From Lama glama (taxonomy: Eukaryota): a DNA stretch of 64,000 nucleotides. The stretch spans positions 16,370,001 through 16,434,000 of the forward strand of contig CM052817.1 of the NCBI GenBank assembly GCA_028534125.1, read 5' to 3'. The notes under the pieces are model-generated. The model made no database searches and was not told where the DNA came from. It saw only the letters and a program-made list of their open reading frames with translations. How positions within the stretch are numbered: position 1 is the first letter of the stretch; each line of letters opens with the position of its first letter. Below are positions 10,361 to 23,800 of this stretch, in pieces. The position numbers and the translations under genes are program-made.

Positions 10361-11539
10361 ACTTAAAAAAAAAAAAAGCAATCCCCCTCCACAGAAAGCA
10401 GTAATAAAGACAATGTGCTCTACTACCACCTTGAGACTTCAATTAATGTGCTTTTCTCCTCGTGAGTCCTTACTTCCAAACAAACAGAACCTGACAGCCC
10501 GAATTAAATCATTTATCTTTCGAGGTCTCTGCCTTGGCTCTAACACTAGTGAGAAAGCCCTAATATTTCATATGAAATGGGCAAAAACAGAAGCTGGGGC
10601 CCAGAACCTTGACTTTCTCTGGCTGTGCACCCCCTATATACACACATACGGGAGGAACGCTAGACTCCAGCCCTTCTTTGGCCTAGGTGGAATTCACTGC
10701 CACATTACCAGACTTGGTCATTTTGTTTTCTCATGTAAACCCTAGGGAAGTGTGTGTGTGTGTGCACGCGCGCATGCATACAAGGGCCTGCACGCAGGCG
10801 TGAGCCCTGACCATGTTATCCGACTCCATACGTGAATTACACAGTGCAAACAGCCGTGGCAGTGAAGAACACAACCACAAATGCAGAAAACTTCTGCTAA
10901 ATGTTATGTTCCAGTTGCTTCGTATACACTGTAATGCCTTCCGATTTAGAGAGACCTATGGGTTTCCAAGCGTGGGCCAATCAGGAAACAAAAGACTGCT
11001 TCCACTCTGCCCTGTGTAATTAAATACCCAGATGAAGTTTTCCCCGGTTCTGCTTTCAGAGCCAAACCAGGCTTGTTTGCATTCCATCATCATATATAAA
11101 CACCCACAGGCCAGGATAATTTACCTCTGCTGTTCTAGCGTTAGCCCCTTAAATCAGGGCGCCCTGAACCACATTTAAGCATATCAGAAGGGCCTCTGGT
11201 TGTGAAGCCTGCAGTATTTATTTTTCTTTAAATCATAACAAAAATATCCTCCTTACAGTCCACTATTTGGAAAGGGATAACATGGATACAGACACGCCGT
11301 AGATAATTCTCGAATCAGATCTATGGATTCAAACATCTTTTTTTTTTTTCTTCAAACCTTTGTCTCAGAGCTGCTAAGTAGTCACTAAAGAGAGTGGTTT
11401 GGAGGTCGCTTCTACCGGCTTCCCCTGCAGAGGTCTGGAGAGTGAGATGCCAGCAAAGCGGGAGAAGGCATGGGGGCCAGGCAGGAGGAAAGGCAGGCGA
11501 CGGGGGAAACCTGGGGGACACAACACAGCAGAGTGGCTC

Positions 11540-11705
11540 GACCAGGGTTTCTCAGGCTTGACCACACATGTGAACCACCTGGGGACCCTGTCACGCACCG
11601 TGCAGACGGTGGTGGAGTTGCCCGGGGCCTGAGATCCTGCGTTTTCTAGCACGCTCATGGGCGATGCTGATGGTACTGAGCCCACAATTCAAATGATGTG
11701 CTTTA
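11540..11705. mobile_element. MER5-like hAT DNA transposon
   Basis: cagggtttctca...aaccacctgggga...ggcctgagatcctgcgttttctagcacgctc. Confidence 0.55.
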
Positions 11706-13679
11706 GACCTTAGGCCCTGAGTCAGATGGGTGGGCCTGGCTGGGAACCGCCTCCTTGGCAGCTGGGCACCCTGAGGCACATGACTTGACCTCTCTGGGCC
11801 CTGGATTCCTTGTCTGTTTGACAGTGATGATAGCATGTAACAGGCAGGGTGGCCAAGAGGATTAAATTGTGGAATGGGTATGAGGGGCTTAGTGCGATGC
11901 CTGGCAGGTCGATTTTGATGGAACTGACACCAGGGCCCACGGTCCCCAATCCCTGGGAAGTGTACTTGGCCCATTTCACTATTTCATTATTTTTACTCTT
12001 AAATGACTTTTCTTGATTTTATTGTCTCATTACACAAAGTAACATGTGTTGGCTTAAAGAAAGAAAGAGAGGAAGATACAAAGACAGGTAAAGAAGGAGG
12101 GAGGGAAGAAAGAAGAGAATAAAAGAAAACTCATCTGTATACCTCCAGTCATGCATACACACATATTTGAAATAACAGAATTCTATTGTCCATCCCATTT
12201 CACAAGCTTTCATTTTCCTTTGACACATCACAGTAGCAACAGAAACAAGAGTAGTCACGTCAACAATAGCAATAGCTCATCTTCATCGGGCTCTTACTTT
12301 GTGCCAAGCATCCCTCTCACACACTAAGTACCTTACAGCACGTCAGCATGAACTCTTACCAGCTTCATTTTACAGACGAAAAAAACCGAGGCACAGGGAA
12401 TGTCACTGACCTAGCACACTGGTCAATGGGAAATTCAGGTTGGAAATTTGACAGCCCAAGCCTTTAATGTCTCTATTCGGCACCCTTCATGGGTTCATCC
12501 TGACATGCTGTTTTATTGCCTGATTTTTCCCCACTTATCACATCAGTAACATCTGTCTGTCATTTCATATTTTTGCACATCACTTTACATGGCTGCATAG
12601 TAGTCTATCATCCATTTTATAGATGGGAAAAGCAAGGCCTGGCTGCTCAATAGATGGGCTGACAGTAAGCAGGACAATCATGCCCGGTCTGGGGTCCTAA
12701 GCTCTGTACACCTGACCATGCTCTCTACACATAGAGACACAGAGTACCTACTATGTGCAGGGTATGTACTGGTCTCAGTGAAGAATGGAAGACAATAGGA
12801 TTCTTACTCTGGTGGGACTCACTGTCCAGTGAGCTGAGCCATGCAATAAAATAAGCAAGCAAACACATGGACTAGACAATGTGAGATTTTGATAACTGCT
12901 GGAGAAAGAATTCCACCCTGTGTTATGACGAATGGGAGTGGTAGAGATCATTTTAGGAAGAGTGAGGAGGTAAGATTTGAAGTGATACCCAAATGACAAG
13001 AGGAGGGAACCACACAGGAATCTAGAGTCAGATGTATTTAAATTTCTTAATATAAAAGCTTAATAGTGACTCTAGGGAACGGTACTCAGAAGTACCTACA
13101 AAATTCTCCTAAAAAACATGTGAGCCAGCACAGAATGGGTCCAGCAAGGCTGGAGGGGACCTTAGACAGGCTGTTACCCCATCTGTAAAATGGGCTTGTG
13201 ACATTTACCAAGGGCAAGGTTGCTACGAATATGAAATGGAATAACACAGGGGACATGGGACACTCCAGCTGCTGTTGACCTCAACACTCAGTGTTTGGTT
13301 GGCCTGGCTGTTGAAGGGTCAAATCCGGGTTATTAAGACAGCAAGGGTAATCAATAGAGCAAGGAGATTCCTGAGGCCTCATCTATTCAGAAGCCTGTTG
13401 GGCATTGTCACATGTCGTGATTAAGATCCAGATACTCCTTGGCACATCGCTAAGTCTCACCACCAGGGCAGCTTAGGCAATTCTGAGTAATGACTTTGGC
13501 TTCTCGTTTAATCTGTTTGTTCTGATAAATGGAAGGAGAGGGTTTGTTGGGCCCCCCTGACCACCTCCAACCTCTCTCAGCTCTCAGGTGGTGTCATTGT
13601 CGAGGTAGAGGCCTGGAGTGGGGCAAGAGGAGGGTTCTCACTCACACTTCTTTGTTCATGACAACAAATAACACTAACA

Positions 13680-13850
13680 AGGGCTCCTGTCTTATGAGGA
13701 GCCGTGGGCTAAACACTCTACATCCATCATCTAACTGCATTGTCTTACCTCCCGTTCTCTCCATTTTACAGAGGAGGAGACTGAGGGTCCAAGAGGCTCA
13801 GGAGCTTGGCCAAGGCCACACAGCCAGCCAGGCAGCTAGCTCTGGGCCAG
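13680..13850. mobile_element. MIR SINE
   Basis: ccattttacagaggaggagactgagggtccaagaggctcaggagcttggccaaggccacacagc. Confidence 0.7.
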
Positions 13851-14239
13851 GCCCTTTCCACATCCTCAAGCTGGTCCTCTCAGCAGGGGCTCAGCTTTCC
13901 TTGCATAAGGACCACTCCCTCCGTTTTTTCCTGGTCTCCGACCTTGTTTGAATTCCAGCGCCGGCACTTCCTCAGTGAAACGCCCGAATTGTGGGCGCAC
14001 CAAGCCCTGAGTCCTCCTTCACACCGCTTGTCAGAGCTACGATGGTACAGCGGTCCTCGCGATCATGGGTCAGGAGCTTCCTGTGTAAAGTCAGAGTTAA
14101 AAGCCCAGCTGGGATGCCAGGCACGTGGGGCTGAGGCCAGCGCCACCTCTTCCCAGCTGAGTGCTGGGCAAGTTACCCAGCCTCCCTCCACCTCAGCTCC
14201 CTGGGCTATAACACGAGGAACATGGAGTAACAACTTCCC

Positions 14240-14920
14240 AGGATGGCGGCGACGATGACTTCGACTGGTGCTGCTGATGTGCTCGGGGAGGCGCCTGCAG
14301 GAAGGCCCGGAAGGCCCACCCCTCACACTGCGGACTCCACAGGGCAGGACTGTGCCCGGCCCGGCGCCCAGAGGGGCAGGCCTGCCACCAGTATCCGGAG
14401 GACTCAGGAAGGTACTGTAGTATCATCTCGTTTTACAAACCAGCGGATGAGTTCCTGTCCCAGGCCCCCCAGCGGGTGAGAGAGGCCTCGCGGAGCCAGG
14501 CCCTGCCTCCTGTGCGCATGCCCACTCCCCGCCCCCGACCCCGCCCCCGCCACGCCCCGGCCTTCGGGGCTTTTCTCCCGGTCTGTGGGGTCGACGCCCA
14601 CGGTGCGGTCCGGGTGGGAGAGGTGGCAGGGGGGCCGCAGAAATTTCGGAGGAAGCGTTCCGAGGGAGGCGCATCGTCACCTGCTCTCCCCAGCCCGCAG
14701 CCCAGGGGCCCCGCAAGGTTCACCTCGCCCCATGTCCCGAGCAGCGGGAAGCAAAGCCGGCAGCAGAGGGGCTGAAGGGCACTCCCGGGAGGGGGACAGA
14801 CCTCCCTGCACCCCCACCCCGGGCAGTGGGATCTCCCGCCAGTTCTGGGGCTCCTGGGCACAGAATGAGGACCTCCCGGCTCTCAGCCACCCTCACTCGC
14901 CTGCGACCCGGGCCTAGTGA
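14240..14920. promoter_or_regulatory. Small orphan CpG island with NRF1 and GC-box motifs
   Basis: GC/CpG-rich; TGCGCATGCCCA at 14513-14524; several CCCCGCCCC boxes and GCCACGCCC at ~14527-14557. Confidence 0.6.
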
Positions 14921-15739
14921 TTTCCTGTGAAAGCTCCACCAGGGGTGTTTTCCTGTGTCTTCAGAGTTAGGACTAATCCAGCTAGACCGTCTCCATTCCC
15001 CTCCTTTCACCCTCTCGCACCAGACCAGCCCGGCCTTTTTTTTTCTCTCTCTCTCGATTTTAAGAGCCTTGCAGACACAAAGATCCTTTTAGCTTTTAAC
15101 ATATTTAATAATTTATTATTTATCTGATATTTTGGTAAATGTATTCCTCAGATCGTGCCTTTGCATCTCCAGTTTCCAATTTGCACCTACCTGACATGGT
15201 TTATATTACAATCCATCGATGCTCTTAAGGCAGGGTTTCCTCTTTTAACACTTCTTTAGAGTCCTAATGAACTTCTATGCTTCATTTACTCAAGAAGACA
15301 GCTCTCTCCCCCTTTTACATTTTCCTGCTCACAGGCATACAAATCATATGTGTCACTAATACAGTGTTGGTTTTCCCTGCGTTAGTTCTTTTTTTAAACA
15401 TGTTTGCCCTTCAGCTTGCTATTAACCAGTTTCTTCCTACTTTGAATAACTTGCTCTTTTAAATTTCATCATTCAGTTTTTCCCTCAGGGATTTTACCCT
15501 TTATTAAGAAGTCAAAACCAATTTTGGAGCAATCATAGACATCAAATAGTCTCGTGAATCTTTTGTATCCTCCACAGCTCCTGACACAGGGGTGGGCACA
15601 CCACAGGGTCACAATAAATACCTGTTGCCACCAAGATGGTCAATAAGGGACTTTCAGAAAGGCAGGCTGGTGCCCTGGTTGAGTACATGGGTGGGAAATC
15701 CGACTGTGTGGGTTTGTTTGAATGCTGTTTTTCATCCCT

Positions 15740-15925
15740 TATGAGCTGTGTGACCTCAAGCAAGTTACTCAAATGCTCTGTGTTTTTTAGTTTCCTCAGC
15801 TCTAAAATGGGAATGAGAGTCATTCTACCATCTTCCAAGGCTTGTTGCAAGGATTCAATAACTAAAGCACTTACCATGGTTCCTGGCAGAGCAAGCTCTG
15901 AATAAACTGTAACTTTTGTTATCAC
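15740..15925. mobile_element. MIR SINE
   Basis: agctgtgtgacctcaagcaagttact...agtttcctcagctctaaaatgggaatga. Confidence 0.75.
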
Positions 15926-17374
15926 TGACTGCCTACAATTTGCAAGACTTTTAGATATTAGAGATTACCCTGGATCACAGATAGAATCAAGCAAAGCCTT
16001 TACCTTTCCCCTCGCCTCAACATTAAGAACCATGCATGATAAAGGTAATACGATCTTGCTCCTGGTTGTCTCCACAAGCAATCAGGTGGGTGGAGATGGC
16101 CCCTCTGTGGGGTCAGCATCTGTAAAATGGGAATGAGGCTTTGTCTCTTGCTGGGAAAGCATCCACAACCCTTGTTCTCAGATCTAAAACCTTCATTTAA
16201 ATAATTGCTTGACTCATTCCTCTACAACGAATTGCCCACACACTAGTTCAGAACAGTTGCTAACAAGCCAACAGCAGAAGCTATCCAAGTCCTAAGGATG
16301 GGTCAACTCAGGTGGCAGAGGCAGAAATGCCCACTAGGGGACGAGCGCGTTCATTCATTGTCCAGGAACCGGGAAGGGAAAGCTGGCGTGTCCCAGGCAC
16401 ATGCTCCAGGCCCTTCTCTGTATGCATTACTGCCTATAACCCTCCCACTGTCCCAGCTCAGGAAGTTGTATTAACTCCATATCAGAACCGTGAAATCTGA
16501 GGCTAACCTGCCCAGGATCAAGGGCTGAGAGGAGAAGCTACGATGGAACCCAGATTTCTCCACTCTACCAGGCTGCCCCAAGATCCCAGGACAGGGCAGC
16601 ACTCAGCGTTGCCTGGAGGAAGGGAAGATGCACAGACACCTGAAATATGGACACTGACCAAAGGGTGGGTCATGTGCATCTTCCCTCAAAAGGAGCACAG
16701 GTCTCTGTTTCCCAAAGTGTGTCCCATGGAACGTAAGTCCTGGGAGGTGCTCTGTAAGAAGAGCCTGGGGTCATACAGTCTGTGAAATGTGGCATTCACT
16801 ATTCTGTCTGAAATGAAAAGTATGCCTTAGTTTGTTAAAGGTTCTGAGAAGTCCTGCAGTAAAGAAAATTGCTTGACTTTAAGAATCAGCATTTCCCTGG
16901 CCTGACATCAGGGGTTTTATCTATATATGACATCTGTGGGTGTTCACTTTGAGAAATGCTGGTTTTGGCAAATAAGGAACAAAATGAAAGTGAAGAAATG
17001 GAACTTAACACACGTGAATAATGAGTTGACACAGATGTCTCGAAGACAGAGGAAAATGTGCCCAAGCAACAGACTCATGGAAAGTCTGGGTTATCAAACA
17101 AACAGAACCAGAACCATAAAGAAACCTAAAGTCTATATAATATGAAAAAACATTTCAGGATGACTCCCAAATATAATCCAGAAGACAAAATAAAATGGTG
17201 ACCAAGCTGCTTCATACTGTGGGGTACAAAATCTGTATTTCATTAGTTCATGCTCAGAGATAAGAGCTTAGCATGGAATGAGTTTATTCATGAGGTTGCT
17301 ATGTTCACCAGCACGATCAGATGTTTGCTAATACCCTGCAGTGGATGGCTCAGAGAATTACAATCCATGTGACA

Positions 17375-17997
17375 CTGTTTACCACAGACAAGACACGGAG
17401 ACAACCTACGTGTTCACCGAGAGATGAATGGATAAAGAAAATGTGATATATATACAATGGAATGTGATTTAGCTATAAAAAAGGAGGAAATCCTGCCATT
17501 GGCAACATGGATGAACCTTGAGGGCATTATGCTGAGTGAAGTAAGTCAGACAGAGAAAGGGAAATATCGCATGATTTCATTTATAGGTAGAAACTCAAAA
17601 AAAAAAAAAAACTCAAAGAAAAAGAGATCAGATTTGTGGTTACCAAAGGTGGTGGAGGGGGGTGGGTGTGAAGGAATTGGATGAAGATGGTCAAAAGGTA
17701 CAAATCCCCCCCCCCAAAAAAGGTACAAACTCCCAGTTATAAGATAAATAAGTACTGGGGATGTAATGTACAACATGATAACTATTTAATGCTGCTGTAC
17801 GGTGTATCTGAAAGCAGCTAGAAGAGTAAAAAATCCTTAAAGTTTTCATCACAAGGGGAAAAATTAATAACTATGCGAAGTGCTGGTTATTATCTAACTT
17901 ACTGTGGTACTCATTTCACAGTCTGTGTACATCAGGTCACTCTGTGGTATACCTTAAACTCATTCAGTTGCACTATGTCAATTATAACTCAATATAA
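17375..17997 (+). mobile_element. L1 (L1MA/L1MB-type) 3' fragment
   Basis: gatgaatggataaagaaaatgtg...gcaacatggatgaaccttgagggcattatgctgagtgaagtaagtcagacagagaaa, the ORF2 end and 3' UTR of an old L1. Confidence 0.85.
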
Positions 17998-18289
17998 CCA
18001 AACGATAAGAATTTAAACCAGTTCTTACCAGAAGATTACTCAGTATAACAAGCTCAAGAGAACTTGAAATAGATTTTTTAAATCAATAAATAAACAAATA
18101 AATGAAAGTCATCAAAACACAGAAAAACAAGGAAAGGAAGGGAGGGAGGGAGGAAGGATGCAAAGAAGGAAAGAAGGGTAGTTCACAAGGGACAGCTGCA
18201 GGACTGACCCTGAGAAGACCCACGGTCAGCACCAAAGCCCAGCAGCTTTTGCTGACCTCATGCCTCAGGACATAAAATAAAAACAACAC

Positions 18290-18730
18290 TCACTGCTCCT
18301 GGAGGGTTAAAGGTACATGCAAATCCTTTGATACTTCTCCTTTCAGTACATCTGGTCTAATTTCCCTCCCATTGGATCAGAACTGGCCCTAGTGACCTGC
18401 CTGACCAAGAAAATGCAGCAGGAAGAATGTTCTGGGACGTCTGAGGCTAGATCCAAAGCAGTGCAGCTTCCATCAGCAGTATTTGGGAACACGCTCTTGG
18501 ACCCCAGCCCCTCTTCTGTGAGGAAGACCGAGCAGCCCCGTGGCGCTCTGGCTGAGCTTCAGCCACGTGAGCCAGCTACCCTGGTCGTGGATCTGTCAGC
18601 CCCAGTCCGGCCACCTCAGCCATGCCCTCCCCGAACAGCCTGACCCTACACACCTGGAATACAGTACAATGGGCTGTTTGAAGCCACTCAATTTGAGGTC
18701 ATTTGTTAAAGAGCAACAGGTAACTGGGAC
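18290..18730 (+). mobile_element. MLT1-like LTR
   Basis: Ends ...tgtttgaagccactcaatttgaggtcatttgtta...caggtaactgggaca, a MaLR terminus. Confidence 0.55.
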
Positions 18731-20397
18731 ACAATTTTATTGAGCTACTACTATATGAGAGGTGCGAAAGTAGGTAGGTGGTGTTGTCTGTTACCCCTGT
18801 CATCTTCACAAGAGCCTCCATGGGGTCAATATTTAATCTTACAAATGTGAGAATTAAGACTTTGGCTTTGGGCAAACTAAGAAACTCACCCAAATTCCCA
18901 CAGGAACCCTGTTTCGTCTGTCTCCAACATCTTTAATGACGAGGAAACTGTTTAGGAGAATTCCTGAAATATGCTAGGGACAAAATAGGTGGGAGAAAAG
19001 TAGAATGAATGGCGAGTTTGTGTGGGTGCAAGGGAAGGCACCTCATATTCTAAAATAAAATAAAGTAAAATAAAAGTGGAGAATTTTCGTGAAAACCTGT
19101 GTTCCCTCTGGCTTCAGCTTTGTAACTGCTAGGGGACTGAAGAGGAAAATGGACGGAGGGAGTATTTTCACAACGTTAAACATTTTTTTCCGTTAAATTA
19201 CCAAGGCTAGCACACTAGCTGTGCCCTGACGTTCGTCTTCAATAACAGCGCTTGTGGATTTAGCGCCTACTATGTGTGGCCACTGCTTCACGTGTCACCT
19301 GTCAGGGAGCCCCAGGCACATTTCCTTACATGTGCTTTCGAGCTTACAAACAACGATTACCCACGTGCTCGTTTCATCGTAAGAACAGATGCTTTTCCTG
19401 GGGAGCAAACAGTGCCAAATTAATCAACAAATAATTCATATTTATCAGGCACTACCTAAGTGATTGAGAAACATGATCCTTCCTTGCTTCCCCCACCCCC
19501 ACTGGCTTGCTAATTTCCTTTCTTTCTTACTTAACAGTTCGCACTGTAATGGCTTGTCCATGATTCCCTCATGAGTCTGTAAGCTTCTCTCGATACACCA
19601 AGAGCTTAAGCGCCTCTGGTGGGAAAGGTGGATGGAAGGGTGGACGGATGGATGGAAGGACTGTAGGTACAGTTAAGCGGTTAAGAGTGGTTAAGACTGG
19701 AATTAGGGAAAAACAAATATGCCCCTCCTGGGAAGCCCTGGTGGAGCCACTTGATTAGAGCCATCGGATTCACCTTTGTCCTCTGCCCACCACAGTGGCC
19801 CAAATCCCTCCAATTATGATTTGAAAAAGCTGCTGGCCTTGGACTTCTTCCCCACTTGCAAAGTAGAATTAATGCCGATTTCCTGTTGGCAACCCATCGT
19901 GTGTTTGAAGTATTCCTTGATGTAAGCAGAGTGCCCTCATTTTAATGAAAGATTCAAGGAAGAAATACACAAACTACACCAAGAATACAGGTGAAGGGGG
20001 AATGTCATTTAGTTAGATGGTTCGCATCACAAGCCAACATCTTTCCTTCCTTCAACAGATATTTCATGGAGCCCCTATTTTGTGTCAAAGGGAACAAAAC
20101 GAGTCTCTGCTCTCATATATAAAGAAAAATATACATTTATATGTGTGTATTAGGTAATCAGTGCTATGAAGAAAAATAAAGCAAGGTAAGAGGAAATACA
20201 GTGATTGACAGGAGTGTGTGTTATTTGAAATGGGCCTCTCTGAGCAGGAGGCATATGGTAGAGAGAGACCTAAGAAGGTGAAGAAGGCGGGGAGAAACCC
20301 AGGCAGGTAACTGCGGGGAAGGGTGTTTTAGGAAGAAGGAACAAGAGGGCATTACCATATCGGTTTATAACTTTTTCATAAAGCATGTGATATGGGT

Positions 20398-20875
20398 TGT
20401 ATTAGCTTCCTATTGCTGCTGTAACAAATTACTACAAAATCAGTGGTCTAAAATAAAACATATTTACTATCTTACAGTTCTAGAGATCAGAGGTCCAAAA
20501 TGGGTCTTACAGGCTAAAATCAAGGCTTCAGCAGATCTGTGTTCCTTCTGTAGGCTCTAGGGGAGAGGCTGTTTCTTTGACTCCTCTAGCTTCTGGAAGC
20601 CACCTGCATTCCTTGGTTTGGGGCACTTTCCTTAAATTACTCCAAACTTTCTCTGCGTCAGTCATCAAGTCTCCTACTCTGTAATCCTCCTGTCTCCTTC
20701 TTATAAGGACCGTTACGGTTGCAGTGGACCCACCAAAAAATCCAGGATAATCTGCTCATCTCAAAATCCTTAAATCTTATCTGCAAAATCCCTGTTGGGG
20801 TGTAAGGCAATAAATTCACAGGATGCAGGGATTAGGACGTAGACAACTTGGTGTGGGGGTCGTTATTCAGCCCAC
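20398..20875 (-). mobile_element. MLT1 (MaLR) solo LTR
   Basis: tgtattagcttcctattgctgctgtaacaaattac...tcttacagttctagagatcagaggtccaaaatgggtc...ttattcagccca. Confidence 0.85.
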
Positions 20876-23800
20876 TGGTGTACAGCCAACTCTTGACTGG
20901 TCATGATGTTGGGACCCAAAACAAGGATGGCAAAATGGTTAACTGTTGATGCAAGGAAATGAAGATACAAGGGAGTTCACTATAAAACATTTCTACTTTT
21001 GTACATGTTTGAAAAATCCCATTAAAAAATCGGAAGTCTTTTGGGAAGGACTAGCTGAGGTTTAAGGAAAAGAACCTAGCTTTTGAATTAGAAAATTTAA
21101 GGTTTATTTGCACATGAAGACCCGTTCTAACTTACTAGTAATCAGAGAAACACAAATTGAAGCAATGAGATGTTAAACCAGCAAAAATGAGAAAGTGGAA
21201 TCCCAACTACTGGCAGAGATGTGGGAGGAAGTGTGCCCTGACAGTAAGATGGCCCCACTCTGGTGTGGCACGCAGCACAGAGACTTACACAGGCGCACAG
21301 TGACGTGCAAGGAAGGGTTCCACGCAGCTTCGTTTACGGCAGTGTAGAGTTGAGAACTCTCGTGTGTCTGTCATGGGGAGAGTGGGTGGGCAAACCATGG
21401 GGCTTGCACCCCACAGAGCTATATGGCATAGTCTGGAGCAACAGATAAGATGCATCCATGGCAAGAATGGACCTTAAAAGGCATCAAGTCAATAGAGAAA
21501 CCAAAAAAAGTCAGAAGCAAATGGTATATGAAATGTAAATTCAAAATATCATCCCAGAAAACTAAATACTCATTTGGCAAGACACATATAAAGAAGGAAA
21601 TTCACATGAAAGAAAGAATGGTTACTTAATAACAGAGATCAGCAAACTCTGGCTCTCAGGTCAGATCTGCCCTTAGTTTTGTAAATAATGTTTTACTGGG
21701 ACACACAGGCACTCATTCATGCACCGTCAGAGGACGCTCATCTGTACCACGATGGTAACGTGCCAAACACTAACCCAGAGGTTAAAGAAACAAAGAAGGC
21801 GGTCAGAAAATCTACTTGAGTTCTCACCAGCTAACAGAGCCCCGGAAGTCACTTTCCCTGCTTGCTCCCCAGTTTCGGCAACTGGAAAAACGGGGTAATA
21901 CCCATCTTAGAGACAGTACACCTGCCAGTGCCTTGTGAATTATAAATGGCCCTTCACACGTGAAAGTTTCTTATTATCGGGGTAACAAGAAGGTAGGAAT
22001 TGTTTTGCACACCTGTGTCCTCCTTTAATCCACTGTTGTCTCCTCCCCAGACTTCTTACTCAGTGTCTTCTCCTTTACTTTCCTTGCCCAAACTACGGAG
22101 AAGCTAACAATAAGGAAGTAGTCAGAAGGCAAGGCAAGGCAAAGAGAAGAGAAACTGCCGACCAACAGGAGCCACAAACGGGAAGCAAGCTCGGAAGAAA
22201 CTGGAAAACTAGACCCAGGAGAGACGGGTTGGACCCGACTGTGGCCACGGTCCATCAAGCCTCAGAAGACTGCCGACTTCATTAGGTACTGTCACTTCAC
22301 GACACCTGATGTACAGGGACGGGGGTTGGCCATTCCCAGTAACAAGGTACAACGGCGACCACCACTTAGATGCCGAGCCTGTACCCAGTGTCTGCTAAAC
22401 ACTGCACATACAAAGCAGTATTTATCACAAGGACCTCATTACCTTCATCCCATTTGACAGATGAAAATATTGAGGGTATCAAGGATTAAGTAATTATTTC
22501 AAGGCCACACACTGGGAAGCAGCAGAAGCAGTTTATTCAGCCCTCCCCACCACCCGACAAGCTAGCATCACCACCACTGAACCGACTGAAGTCGCACAGC
22601 GGCAGGGCCTCAACCACAGTGACTCCGAATGTCCCACCTTTCATCTCAAAATGCCTCCCTGGGATCCGCACCCCAGACAACCATTTACTGGGAAAGCTTC
22701 CTCACTTCCTCAGGTCCTGAGCCACGTCATCCAACAGAACGTTCTAAGAAGCGGCAAGCAGACTGGATGCTGCTGGAGAGAACGATGAGGTCGAGGGGCC
22801 TCGACAGCCGCATGGGCACACTCTCAAGGCGCCCAGCTCACTGCTGCCGGCGGCTTAGGGGAAGCCTATCTGATGTAACCAAGAAGCTGCAATTTAATGG
22901 AGAGACGGCATGATGACAAGAAAATCGGATTTGGAGGAGGACCAGGACCCTAGGTCTGGGCGTAAGAACTTGGGCAAGCAGCTTCTGAGACTTTGTCCAG
23001 CTGGGTTTGCTTCACTGCACGTGGAGACATTCCTCTCCTGCTCTAACCTGACACACCGTTCCCAGTCATTTAAAAATAAATCACAACAGTAATATTTTAC
23101 TGGGTACTTGATCTTGGGCAGGGACTATGCCCTTTACATATACTACGTCACTTTATACTTACTACAAATGTTATGAGTTAAATACTAAACTATCCTCACT
23201 TTACAGATGGCAAAGCTGAAAGGTTAAGTAATTTCCGCAGTGGACTTAGGATCTGACTCCGAGACTGCCTGCCTGACCAGCAGGAGCCCGTGATTTTAAC
23301 CCAAGGTATCTAAACCCCCTAGACTCGTGATAGAACCCAATGGGGAGTTTTGGAAACAAGCAAACAACCTGATGTTTGGACCCAGATGTAGAGATTTTGA
23401 TTTAACTGGTCTAACTAAGGTGGGGGCTGGGTTGAGAATCACTGTCTTAACCATATTCTAAAGCAGCCCCCCATTAAAAACTGGCCGACTGATAAAGTCC
23501 CATCCCATGTTCAGGTACGGAAATGCACCAAAATGCACTAATACAGCTGTATAACAAACTAACATAAAAAAGCTTCATAATGTATGGTAAGTGATGATAT
23601 TCTTAAGCAGTTAAATATTGCTCTTAGTTATTCATACTACTTTATATAAATGCAAATGAGTATTTTGGCTTTGCAACTTTTTAAAAATCTGAATTTGAAA
23701 GATATAGCACTCTGATATCATTTTAGCTTGCTGGGTTTTTCTTTTTTTTTCTTTTTTAAGGAAAGATATAGTAATATAAATCTGGAATATGAATCAAGCA

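Noticed and set aside
13529..15010. ORF cluster around the second GC-rich island
   Set aside because: No recognisable protein; explained by GC content and MIR sequence.
17457..17684. 75-aa ORF (WMNLEGIMLSEVSQ)
   Set aside because: Remnant of the L1 ORF2 C-terminus within a decayed L1.
19610..19623. CTCF-like CCACCAGAGGCGC
   Set aside because: One base short in the G-run of the core; weak match.
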